Shown: positions 8,305 to 18,000 of the stretch, piece by piece
Layout of the letters: each line of letters starts with the position of its first letter
Position numbering within the stretch: the stretch's first letter is position 1
Assembly (NCBI GenBank): GCA_020846255.1
Contig: JADLEH010000148.1
Location: 1-51,651 of the forward strand
DNA from: Propionibacteriaceae bacterium
Lineage (GTDB): Bacteria > Actinomycetota > Actinomycetes > Propionibacteriales > Propionibacteriaceae
DNA: 51,651 bases
Direction of reading: 5' to 3'
Notes under the pieces: model-generated
What the model saw: only the letters and a program-made list of their open reading frames with translations
Told to the model about the DNA's origin: nothing
Database searches by the model: none
Made by a program: the position numbers and the translations under genes

Positions 8305-9929
8305 TGCTGCTCCTGGGGAGCTTCCGGGAACTCCACCGGTGCGATGTCGGCCGCGCTGTCGGGAGGCTCGAGGCGGCCCGCCTCGACAGCCGGTGTCTTC
8401 ACCGGCTGCGGCTCGAGCAGGTCCTCGGAGAGCAGGGTCCGCAGCTGCTCGAGGTCCGGCTCGGTGACCTCGCGCAGGCGCCAGGCGTGCCGGCCGATGG
8501 CAGCCTCCAGCAGGTTGCGGGCGTAGCGGCCGTTGCCGAAGGTCTCGTCCCGCGCCTGAGTGGACAGCTGCCGGGTGAACTCCTCCAGCACCCCGGCCCC
8601 AAGGTCGTAGTCGGACTTGGCTGCCATCTGGGTGAAGATGTTCCGCAGCTCCTCGTCGGTGTAGTCGTCGAAGGTGATCGTGGTCCGGAAGCGGCTGGCG
8701 AGGCCGGGGTTGTTGGAGATGAAGATGTCCATCGGCACCGGGTAGCCGGCGACGATGACCACCAGGTCGTCGCGGTGGTCCTCCATCTCCTTCACCAGGG
8801 TGTTGATCGCCTCCTCGCCGTACTGGTCGCCGTTGAGGGAGTAGGCCTCGTCGATGAACAGCACCCCGCCGTAGGCCTTCGCTGTCACTTCCGCTGTCTT
8901 GATGGCGGTCTGGCCGAGGTAGCCGGCCACCAGCTCGGAGCGGTCGACCTCGACCAGCTGGCCCTTGCTGAGCAGGCCGATCGCCTTGTAGATGCCGGCG
9001 ACCAGGCGGGCTACCGTCGTCTTCCCGGTGCCGGGGTTGCCGGTGAAGATCAGGTGCCGGGTGATCGTTGGGCTCTTCAGGCCGGCCTTGGTGCGCAGCG
9101 CGTCCACCCGCAGGATGGCGGTCTGGCGCCGGATCTCGCTCTTGACCGTGGCCAGCCCGATCAGCTCGTCGAGCTCGGCCAGCCATTCCTCCACCGTCTT
9201 CTCCGGCTCCTCGGGTTCCGGCTCGGGTTCCGGTTCCGGTGTGGCCGGTTCGGCGGGCTGTGCCGGAGCGGTCGCCGGGCCACTGTCCGGGACGGGCTGC
9301 GCACCGGCAGGCTGTCCGGGGAACCCGGGGACGCCGGGGAAGGTGACCCCGCCGAGACCGGGGAAGGCGCCGGGGGAGTGTGGGTCCATCCGGCTGACGT
9401 CGAGGAGCCGGTCCTGGCTGGTGGACAGCCTGGACAGCACCTCGTTGAGGATGGCAGGTGCCTGCCGGACGAATTCACGCTGGGCAGCCTCGTCCGGCAC
9501 CGGGCTCGCCGGGGTGGGAGCCGCCGGCCGGTGGGTGCCGGCTCCCGGCAGTTGGGCTGCAGCGGCGAGGCTCGCAGCGCCGAGGGCTGCCGGGCCGGGT
9601 TCGCCGAGTGCGGCCGCGGCCTGGCAGACGTCGCCGAGCGCCTTCGCGTAGCCGGCTGCAGACCGGTGCCTCGAGGCTGCGGCCTCGCTGGCCAACGGGG
9701 TGGGGGCGCCCCGGTACCTGCGGCCGCGGACGGCCGCGTCCATGAAGGTGGCCGCGGAGGTGTCCACGCCGACCTCCCGGCACCAGTCGACGAAAGCGCC
9801 ACGGTTGGACTCGGCGACGGCTGCGGAGAGCACGAGCCCCTCTTCCACCGCAGCTGCCGGGTCCAGGCCGACGGCAGCGGCCGCCTTGCTCAGGGCGGCG
9901 AGGGCCGGCCCCAGTTTCGGTACGGTCAT
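8301..9929 (-). CDS. AAA+ ATPase, CbbX/CfxQ/SpoVK type, with N-terminal helical domain
   Basis: Walker A GNPGTGKT, Walker B VLFIDEAY, NPGLASRF, FGNGRYARN; PEPEPEPE linker. Confidence 0.9.
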   Translation of the reverse strand: MTVPKLGPALAALSKAAAAVGLDPAAAVEEGLVLSAAVAESNRGAFVDWCREVGVDTSAATFMDAAVRGRRYRGAPTPLASEAAASRHRSAAGYAKALGDVCQAAAALGEPGPAALGAASLAAAAQLPGAGTHRPAAPTPASPVPDEAAQREFVRQAPAILNEVLSRLSTSQDRLLDVSRMDPHSPGAFPGLGGVTFPGVPGFPGQPAGAQPVPDSGPATAPAQPAEPATPEPEPEPEPEEPEKTVEEWLAELDELIGLATVKSEIRRQTAILRVDALRTKAGLKSPTITRHLIFTGNPGTGKTTVARLVAGIYKAIGLLSKGQLVEVDRSELVAGYLGQTAIKTAEVTAKAYGGVLFIDEAYSLNGDQYGEEAINTLVKEMEDHRDDLVVIVAGYPVPMDIFISNNPGLASRFRTTITFDDYTDEELRNIFTQMAAKSDYDLGAGVLEEFTRQLSTQARDETFGNGRYARNLLEAAIGRHAWRLREVTEPDLEQLRTLLSEDLLEPQPVKTPAVEAGRLEPPDSAADIAPVEFPEAPQEQQ

Positions 9930-10438
9930 GCCTGCCCCAGGTTCAGTTCGGGCGCCTGATTGTGGCCGAAGCGCTCCTGCAGGAAGCGACCGTGGCTGAT
10001 CAAGGCGGCTGCGTCGGTGGTGTTGGCTGCGTCGTAGATCGCGTCCATGGTGTTCGCGAGCAGGTCAAGCTGGTCGATCAGCAGCAGCAACGAGGTCTTG
10101 CCCCGGTCGACCGGCCGCGAGTCCGCCCAGTCCCGGGGCAGGCGCAGGTAGCCACCGATGGCCTCGGGGAGGTAGTCGGTGGCCGTGGCCACAACCGAGT
10201 AGGCGTCGTAGCTGCCGAGGCCGAGCAGGGCCAGCCGGGGGAGGGTCTTGCGGACCGTTCCGGTGACGCGCAGGGCGCGGGAACGGACCACTGCCGGGAC
10301 CGCCGGATCGCCAACCAGGCTCTCCACCCTGGCCAGCGAGTCACTGATGTCGGCTTCGGTGGGCGCGGCAGCCACCTCGTCGGCACCCTCGGGTGCGGAC
10401 GGTTCCTCACGGCCGAGCAAACGGTCCCAGAAGCCCAT
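9926..10438 (-). CDS. Small helical protein, probably XpaC-like TelA partner
   Basis: Directly downstream of telA. DYLPEAIGGYLRLP and ..GRFLQERF resemble TelA-associated small proteins; the family assignment is inferred. Confidence 0.6.
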   Translation of the reverse strand: MGFWDRLLGREEPSAPEGADEVAAAPTEADISDSLARVESLVGDPAVPAVVRSRALRVTGTVRKTLPRLALLGLGSYDAYSVVATATDYLPEAIGGYLRLPRDWADSRPVDRGKTSLLLLIDQLDLLANTMDAIYDAANTTDAAALISHGRFLQERFGHNQAPELNLGQA

Positions 10439-10445
10439 CCCTGCC

Positions 10446-11678
10446 CTAGCGGTCGATGCTGATCGTCGGCAGCGTCGCTGCCCTGGTGTCCTGCTGGGAG
10501 ACGCGCTCCAGGTAGGACTTGCTCTTGGCGACCTCGGTCTCGAGGGTGCCGATCGTCGCGGACATGGAGTCCAACGCCTTGAGCTTGAACTGGTCGATGG
10601 AATCCATCGTCGCGTAGATGTTGGCGAACGCAGCCTGCAGCTGCTCCAGCCCGATGGTTGAGGAGGCTGCCTGCTCCTGGATCGCAGCCGAGTTCTCCTT
10701 CAGCATCTCCGAGGTGCGCTGGATCATCTGCGAAGTGGTGGTGTTCAGGGCCGTGATCTGGTCGAGCACGAGCTTCTGGTTGCCGAGGGCCTGGGCGACG
10801 ATGACCGCCGTCCGCAGGGCCGAGATGGTGGTCGTGGAGGCCCGGTCGACACCCTTGATGAGCTCGACGTTGTTCTTGATGATGATGTCGATCGCCAGGT
10901 AGCTCTGGATCGAGACCGCCAGTTGGGTGAGCAGGTCCTGGTGCTTCTGCCGGACGTAGAAGAGCACGTCCTGGTTCAGCGTCCGGGCCTTGTCCGGGTC
11001 GGAGAGCTCGAGTTCGGCGATCTGCGCGGACAGCCTGGCGTCGAGCCGCTCGGCGATGTAGACGTACTGGTTGAGCCGGCCCATCACCGTCCAGAGGTTC
11101 TGCTTCTCCATGTTGAGGGCGACGTTGTCCTTGGTGAGCTCGTCCTGCCCGGAACGCAGGGCGTGCAGGATGCCGTTCAGGTGCTGCTGGGAGCTCTGGT
11201 ACTTGCGGAAGTAGTCCTGCACCGGCTTCCCGACCCCGATGCGGGCGAAGAAGCCCTTGCTGCCCCTCGCCTGATTGGGGTCGAGGTCCTCGACTGTGCG
11301 GCGGAGATCCAGGAGGGTCTTGCCGACCTTCGAGGTCTCGGCGAGACCGCCGGACTCGATGGCCCGGACGGGGGTCTGGAGGAGCCGGTTGGAGGTTTCC
11401 GCCGCCTTGCGGATGTCGGCGTCGCCCATGCTGCGCACGGCGTCCGCCTGGGCGGAGAAGGTCGGCGAGCTCTGCTCGGCCGAATTCAGCGCGGTCAGGA
11501 AGTCGTTGACCTTGGAGTCCAGTACCGGCACCTGGGCTGCATCGACCTGGGGCGCCATCGCCGGGGCCTGGGTCGCCGTGACGGTCGCCGGGGGTGCCGA
11601 CGGGGTCAGGTTCAGCGTGTCGGGGGGCGCCAGCTGGACGGCCTGCCCCTGGCTGGACGGCTGCGCGGGTGTGCTCAT
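10446..11678 (-). CDS. telA: Toxic anion resistance protein (TelA/KlaA family)
   Basis: Long helical protein with YFRKYQSSQ..L..I...L..GQDEL.KDN and RQKHQDLLTQLAVSIQ..LAID...NN.ELIKGVDRA.TTT.SAL, characteristic of TelA. Confidence 0.88.
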   Translation of the reverse strand: MSTPAQPSSQGQAVQLAPPDTLNLTPSAPPATVTATQAPAMAPQVDAAQVPVLDSKVNDFLTALNSAEQSSPTFSAQADAVRSMGDADIRKAAETSNRLLQTPVRAIESGGLAETSKVGKTLLDLRRTVEDLDPNQARGSKGFFARIGVGKPVQDYFRKYQSSQQHLNGILHALRSGQDELTKDNVALNMEKQNLWTVMGRLNQYVYIAERLDARLSAQIAELELSDPDKARTLNQDVLFYVRQKHQDLLTQLAVSIQSYLAIDIIIKNNVELIKGVDRASTTTISALRTAVIVAQALGNQKLVLDQITALNTTTSQMIQRTSEMLKENSAAIQEQAASSTIGLEQLQAAFANIYATMDSIDQFKLKALDSMSATIGTLETEVAKSKSYLERVSQQDTRAATLPTISIDR

Positions 11679-11869
11679 CGGATGACCTCTCGAACTTGGG
11701 CGTTGGCCACCAATCTAGCCTCCCGCAACGGCGGTGGCGCCGGTTGGCGGAGGCGTTCATCAACGTTCCGGGGTGGTCAGGGGGCAACCCTGAGAGCCGG
11801 CGCCGGTTTCGGCGCCGGAACCTCGGAAACGGCGGTCGCCGACCGCCTGCTGGCCGGTCGGCGGCGCCG

Positions 11870-11891
11870 TGTGGGTGCCAGGTGGTTGCAT
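11870..11891 (+). promoter_or_regulatory. Degenerate RecA-NDp/PafBC-like promoter for adnAB
   Basis: TGTGGG-N10-TTGCAT, 6 nt before the GTG at 11898; one mismatch in each box. Confidence 0.4.
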
Positions 11892-11897
11892 GGTCGG

Positions 11898-14800
11898 GTG
11901 ACCAGCATCCCGGACTCGCTGCGCCCGCCCGAGCTGAGCGCCGAGCAGGCCGCGGTGCTGGCCGGTTGGGACGCAGCGCTCCTGGTCCTCGGCGGTCCGG
12001 GGACCGGCAAGACCACGCTGCTGGCGCACGCTGCGGTGGCCAGAAGCCGCGGCGAGGATCCGCCGCCGCTGGTGGTGGCCGCCGGGCGTACGGCGGCCAG
12101 TTCGCTGCGCAACTCGATCGCTGCCCAACTCGGGGACGGTTCCTGGCAGCCGGCGGTCGCCACCGTCCACTCGCTGTGTCGCACCATCTGGCAGCGCTTC
12201 GCCGGGCGTCCTGAGCTGCGGTTGCTGGCGGCCCCCGAGCAGGAGTTCCGGGTGCGGGAACTGCTGGCCGGATCCGGTGCTGCCTACTGGCCCGGTGAGC
12301 TGCGCCCGGCGCTGGGTACCCGGGGCTTCGCTGCCCAGGTGCGGGCCGCGATCGCCCGCGCCCGCCAGCTCGGCCTCGAGCCGGAGGACCTGACGGCGTT
12401 CGGCGCTGAGGCCGGCCGGCCGGAGTGGCAGGCCCTGGGTGGCTTCTTCGCCGAGTACCTCGACGTGCTGGACGCAGAGGGCGTGCTCGACTACGCGGAG
12501 CTTGTGCACCGGGTGCGACTGCTGCTCACCGACCTGACGGTCACGGCCGGCCTTCACGCCGAGATCGGGGCTGTGCTGATCGACGACTACACCGAGCTGG
12601 ACCCGGCGCAGATCGCCCTGCTGGCCACTCTCGCCGGCTCGGCCCCGGTGCTCGCCGTGGCCGACCCGGACAGCGTCAGTTCCACCTTCCGGGGCGCCCA
12701 CCCGCGGGCTCTGGCCGATTTCGAACGGTTCTTCGGCCGCAGGGAGGCGCCGGCGCGGTTCACCAGCCTGGCCGCGGGACACCGGCACGGCGCTGCCATC
12801 GGCGGGGCCCTGGCCGGGGTCCGTGCCCGGTTGCCGCGGCCGGCGGGTACCGGGCGGCTCGACAGCATTCCCGCCGATACCGCAGGGTCGGTGCAGGTCT
12901 TCACCTGTTCCGGTGAGGCCGACCAGGCAGCCACCATCGCTGCCGAGATCCGCAGGGCGAGACTCACCGACGGCATCCGCTACGGCGACATGGCGGTGCT
13001 GGTCCGTTCCGGGCGGCGGCAGCTCGGACCGATCGTGCGGTCGCTGGCTGCTGCCGGGATCCCGGTTGAAGTGGCAGGCGACGAGATCCCGCTGGCCCAG
13101 GCGCCCTCGGTCCGGCCACTGCTGCTCGCCCTAGCGGTCACGGCTGCCGGCCGCGTCGCGCCCGACGAAGCTGTCCGCCTGCTGACCTCGCCGCTGGCCG
13201 GCTTCGACGCGCTCGGACTTCGCCGGCTGGCCCGGGAGTGGCGGGCAGGGCTGGCGACCCCACCTGCCGGACTGCCGGAGCAGCTGGCTGCCGCGATCAA
13301 CGAGCCGGGCTGGCTGGCCGGCGCCGCGGCGAACCCGGTGACGGAACGGTTGCGCAGGTTCCTGGACGTGCTCGCGGCGGCCGGTGACCGGGTCCGGGCC
13401 GGCGACCCGGTCGACCTCGTGGCCTGGACGTTGTGGCAGGGCACGGACTGGCCGCGCCAACTCGCCCGGGAGTCGGCTGCCGGCGGACCCCTGGGCAGCC
13501 GGGCGGACGCCGACCTGGATGCGCTCTGCGCCCTGTTCGAGAGCGCAGCCGAGGCCGATCGCCGCGGTGGCGTCGCCGGGGTCCGGGCCTTCCTCGCCGA
13601 GCTCGCCGGGCAACAGATCCCGGCCGACCGGGAGCGGGAGTCCCGGCTGCGCGGCCGCGGTGTCCAGGTGCTCACCGCGCACCGGGCCAGGGGCAGGGAG
13701 TGGGAACTGGTCGTTGTGGCCGGGGTCCAGGAAGGCGTCTGGCCGGCCGGCCGCCGGGTCAGCACCGTGCTGGAGTCCGCAGCCCTCACCGGGGACGGCC
13801 TCACCGGGCGCACCGACCACCGCGACCTGCTCGCAGCCGAGCGCCGGCTGTTCCACCTGGCCTGCTCCCGAGCGCGGAGCCGGCTCGTGGTCACGGCCGC
13901 AGCCGGAACCGAGGGCGAGGCGGACTCCCCGTCCCGCTTCCTTGCCGAGCTGGGGGTGCCGCTGGCGACCCCGGATCGTGGGGGCGCGCCGCTCACCCTG
14001 GCCGCGCTGGCTGCCGAGCTGCGCCGCCACGCCACCGATCCAGCAGTGCCCGTGGAGTTGCGGGCGGCTGCCGCGGGCGAGCTGGCGCGACTGGCCGATG
14101 CCGCCGACGACTCCGGACGGCCACTGGTGCCGTCGGCCGACCCGGCCACCTGGTGGGGGGTGCGCGAGCTGAGCAGCCGGCCAGAGCCGCTGGAGACCGG
14201 CCGGCCGGTGCGGCTCAGCCCCAGCCAGGTGACCGGCATCCTCACCTGTCCACGCCGCTACTTCCTTGCCCGCGAGGCGCGCGGCGAGGGCGAGCCCGGA
14301 CTCGCCGCTGCGCTCGGGTCGCTGATCCACCTGCTGGTGCAGCAGGCGGTCGAAGAAGGCTGGGGGCTTCCGGAGCTGCGGGCCGGGCTGGATGCCGTCT
14401 GGCACCGGTTGCGGTTCGAGGCGGCCTGGCTCTCTGCGACCGAGAGGGTGGAGGTCGAGCTCGGGTTGGCGCGATTCCTCGCCTGGCGGGCGGCGAACCC
14501 GGCCGAGCTGGTCGGCGTCGAGGTGCCGTTCAACCTGGAGATCGCAGTCGATGACCGCACCGTCGTTCTCGACGGCAAGGTCGACTGGCTGGAACGCACG
14601 GCTGCCGGACTGCGGGTGGTCGACTTCAAGACTTCGCGGACGCCGCCGACCAGGGCAGCGATCGCCGGGATGGAGCAGCTCGGGATCTACCAGCTGGCAG
14701 TCGCCGCCGGCGGGTTCGGCCAGGTCGGACCCGAACCCGGTGCCGCCGGGGCAGCAGCGGTGTACCTGCGGCTGGCGGGGAAGCCGGAGGACCTGCCCAG

Positions 14801-15014
14801 GGAGTTCAGCCAGTCCGCACTGGCCACGAATCCGTACCTCGGTGAGGACGCTGCGGAGCTGCGCTATCCGAGCTGGGTGCACCACCGGGTGGCGCTGGCC
14901 GCCGCTGTGGTTTCCGAGGGCAGCTACCCGGCGACCCCGGGCCCGCACTGTCGCACCTGCCCGTTCGCCAACAGCTGCCCGGCTTCGGGTCGGGGCGGGC
15001 AGGTGCTGCGATGA
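11898..15014 (+). CDS. adnA: AdnA helicase-nuclease subunit (UvrD-like motor plus RecB-type nuclease with Fe-S Cys)
   Basis: GGPGTGKT; degenerate motif II DDYTE; GKVD..VVDFKT nuclease; TCP...CRTC....SC cysteines; coupled to adnB. The upstream part of the track ORF is antisense to telA. Confidence 0.88.
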   Translation: MTSIPDSLRPPELSAEQAAVLAGWDAALLVLGGPGTGKTTLLAHAAVARSRGEDPPPLVVAAGRTAASSLRNSIAAQLGDGSWQPAVATVHSLCRTIWQRFAGRPELRLLAAPEQEFRVRELLAGSGAAYWPGELRPALGTRGFAAQVRAAIARARQLGLEPEDLTAFGAEAGRPEWQALGGFFAEYLDVLDAEGVLDYAELVHRVRLLLTDLTVTAGLHAEIGAVLIDDYTELDPAQIALLATLAGSAPVLAVADPDSVSSTFRGAHPRALADFERFFGRREAPARFTSLAAGHRHGAAIGGALAGVRARLPRPAGTGRLDSIPADTAGSVQVFTCSGEADQAATIAAEIRRARLTDGIRYGDMAVLVRSGRRQLGPIVRSLAAAGIPVEVAGDEIPLAQAPSVRPLLLALAVTAAGRVAPDEAVRLLTSPLAGFDALGLRRLAREWRAGLATPPAGLPEQLAAAINEPGWLAGAAANPVTERLRRFLDVLAAAGDRVRAGDPVDLVAWTLWQGTDWPRQLARESAAGGPLGSRADADLDALCALFESAAEADRRGGVAGVRAFLAELAGQQIPADRERESRLRGRGVQVLTAHRARGREWELVVVAGVQEGVWPAGRRVSTVLESAALTGDGLTGRTDHRDLLAAERRLFHLACSRARSRLVVTAAAGTEGEADSPSRFLAELGVPLATPDRGGAPLTLAALAAELRRHATDPAVPVELRAAAAGELARLADAADDSGRPLVPSADPATWWGVRELSSRPEPLETGRPVRLSPSQVTGILTCPRRYFLAREARGEGEPGLAAALGSLIHLLVQQAVEEGWGLPELRAGLDAVWHRLRFEAAWLSATERVEVELGLARFLAWRAANPAELVGVEVPFNLEIAVDDRTVVLDGKVDWLERTAAGLRVVDFKTSRTPPTRAAIAGMEQLGIYQLAVAAGGFGQVGPEPGAAGAAAVYLRLAGKPEDLPREFSQSALATNPYLGEDAAELRYPSWVHHRVALAAAVVSEGSYPATPGPHCRTCPFANSCPASGRGGQVLR

Positions 15015-18000
15015 GGATGACCGAGGCGAAGCAGCTGAGCCAGGCGCTCGGCATCGACTTCTCCGATCAGCAGCTCGCCGCCATCACCGCGCCGCTGGAG
15101 CCGGCGGTGATCATCGCCGGCGCCGGCTCGGGCAAGACCACAGTGATGGCTGCCCGGGTGGTCTGGCTGGTCGGCAGCGGCCAGGTGCGACCGGAGCAGG
15201 TGCTCGGGCTCACCTTCACCCGCAAGGCGGCAGGGGAGCTCGGCGGCCGCGTGCGCCGGGCGCTGCACCAGGCCGGCGTCCTCTCCGCTGACGCCGAGGC
15301 CGGGGAGGAACTGATCCTCACCTACGACGCCTTCGCCGGCCGCCTGGTGGCCGAGCACGGGCTGCGGCTGGGCATGGAGGGCGACGCCCGGATGATCACC
15401 GGGGCCGCCCGCTACCGGCTGGCCGCCCGCGTCGTCGCCAACACCCCCGGCCTGCAGTACCTCTCCCGGCTCCGGCCGGCTGCGGTGACCCAGCGGCTGC
15501 TGGAGCTGTCGGGCGAGCTGCGGTCACACCTGGTCGACCCGCTGCAGCTCGCCGACCAGGCGGAGAGCTTCGACGCAGCCATTGAGGCTGCGCCGCGGAA
15601 CCCCCGCGGGCAGGTGTACTCGGCGCTGCAGACGGCAAGGGCAGCTGCTGCTGAACGTCTCGAACTGGCCACCCTCGTGGTGCGCTACGAGGAGCTGAAG
15701 GCCGAACTCGGCTACGTGGAGTTCGCCGACCAGATGGCAGCGGCGGCCCGGCTGGCCACAGAGGTGCCTGCGGTTCCTGCTGCCCTGCGGTCGGAGTTCG
15801 CCGTCGTGCTGCTCGACGAGTACCAGGACACGTCGGCCGCCCAGGCCACCCTGCTGCGCGGGTTGTTCTCAGGTCCGGACGCCGGGGCGGGACGGGGGCA
15901 CCCGGTGACAGCTGTCGGCGACCCGTGCCAGGCGATCTACGGCTGGCGCGGGGCAGCTGCCAGCAACATCCTCGACTTCGCCCGGCACTTCCCGACAGCG
16001 GCCGGCCTGCCGGCCACCGGCTATGCCCTCACCGTCAACCGGCGCAGCGGTCAGCGGGTGCTGGACGCGGCCAACCACCTGGCCGGTCCGGTCCGTGGGG
16101 AGCCGTCGCTGGCCGCCCACGGCCTGGACCTCGACCTGGTGGCGCCGCCCGGAACGCCGCCGGGACGGGTGGAGGCGGTAGCCCACGCCACCTGGCCGGA
16201 GGAGGTGACCGCCATCGCCGACCGGATCGCCGAGCTGCACGGCACCGGGGCGACCGGGGCCTGGTCGGACATCGCCGTGCTGGCGCGACGCAACAGCCAG
16301 GTGGCCGACGTCTACACCGAGCTGGCAGCAAGGGATGTCCCGGTCGAGATCGTCGGGCTGGGCGGGTTGCTGGAGTTGCCGGCGATCGCGGACGTGGTGG
16401 CAACCCTTACCCTGCTCGACGACGCCACGGCCAACCCGTCGGTGTTGCGGCTGCTCACCTCGCCGCGCTGGGCGATCGGGATTCCAGACCTGGCGCTCCT
16501 CGGTCGGCGCGCGCGGGAGCTGGCTGCGGCCAGGCGAACCGGCGGACCGCTGCCGGCGGCAGCGGAAGGGGACACGGTCGGCGCTGCGCAGCGGAGCCTC
16601 GCGGAGCTCGAAGCCGTGCTCTCCGGTTCCGACCCGGCGTCGGTGCCCAGCCTGCTCGAGGCGGTGGCCGACCCCGGACCGTTGGCCTATCGCAGCGACG
16701 CCCGGACGCGGTTCGCAGCCTTCACGGCCGAGCTCGGCCTGCTGCGGCGACACTCCGGCGACGCGGTCACCGAGTTGGTGCAGCGGGTGATCACGGTGCT
16801 CGGCCTTGCCGTGGAACTGGAAACGGTCGGCTCCGGCGGCAGCGCTCCACTGGCCACCTTCGCCCAGGCCGTGGCCGACTACACCGACATCGATGCGGAG
16901 GCTTCCCTTGCCGGGCTGCTGGCCTACCTCGAGGCGGAGCGCGAGTTCGGCACCGGGCTGGAACAGGCCGTGGTTTCCGCAGCGGACTCGGTGAAGGTGC
17001 TCACCGTCCACAAGGCCAAAGGCCTGGAGTGGGAGGTGGTGTTCGTGCCCGGCCTCGCCGGCGATGTGTTCCCGACCGACCGGGTCACCGGAAACTGGCT
17101 CCGCAACGCGGCCAGCCTGCCGTACCCGCTGCGGGGGGACGCAGCGGCCCTGCCGCAGCTGGCGCGGGTGGAGAACGCCGAACTCACTGCCTTCGCATCG
17201 GCGCTGACCGGGCAGCAGCGGCTCAGCGAGGACCGCCTGGCCTATGTCGCCGTGACCAGGGCCAGGCAGCTGCTGCTGGTGAGCACCCACACCTGGGCAC
17301 AGGGTCTGGCCAGGCCCCGGGAACCCTCGGACTACTTCGCGGCTGTGGCCGAACACGCGCAACTGGTGACGGTTGCGGCCGACGTGCCGGAGCTGAACCC
17401 GCTGCTGGGCCCGGCGGCAACCAGCGGGTGGCCAGCAGTGGGGGAGACCCCCGGGTGGGTGGTGCGCCGGGAGGCCGCCGGTCTGGTCCGGGCGGCGCGG
17501 GGCGCCAGGAGCGAGTCCGGCGAGTACCCCGAGGTGCCGGGGCTCAGCCTCGACCAGGCCCAGCTCCTGGCGGGGTGGCGGGTCGCGGCCATCGGGCTCC
17601 AGGCTGCTGAGCTGGAGACGGCGAGGGAGCGGACTTCGGGCCGGCTGCCCGACTATCTCTCGGTCACCGGCATCGGCCGGCTGGCCCGCGATCCGGTCGG
17701 CTACGCGGCGGAACTGCGCCGCCCGATGCCGCGGCTGGTCAGCGAGGCCCAGCGCTGGGGCATCGGCTTCCACCAGTGGCTCGAGGACCGGTTCCGCGGC
17801 CAGTCCCAACTCATCGACGGCGACGACGGCGCCGAGGTCGCGGGTGCCGACTTCGAGGTGCTTCGCGCAGGCTTCGAGGCCGGGCCGTACGCCAGGGCCG
17901 TGCCGGTGGCGATCGAGACCCCGTTCACCCTCGTGCTCGGCGGCCGGTTGGTCCGCGGCCGGATTGACGCGGTCTTCACCGCCGAAGACGGTCGAGCGCA

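Noticed and set aside
8305-9186. N-terminal extension of the 722-aa ORF
   Set aside because: It is an alternative frame inside the AAA gene; the real start is the GTG at 8304, overlapping the AAA stop.
11797-11818. Hairpin CCGGCGCCG-GTTT-CGGCGCCGG between telA and adnA
   Set aside because: A single GC-only stem with no second copy seen; such stems arise easily at this GC content.
10923-11897. N-terminal 325-aa extension of the 1363-aa ORF (apparent AdnA fusion)
   Set aside because: It is the antisense shadow of telA plus intergenic DNA; helicase similarity begins at the GTG at 11898.
12574-12600. Degenerate helicase motif II (DDYTE) in AdnA
   Set aside because: Expected: AdnB is the known active motor of AdnAB. 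Not evidence of a pseudogene.
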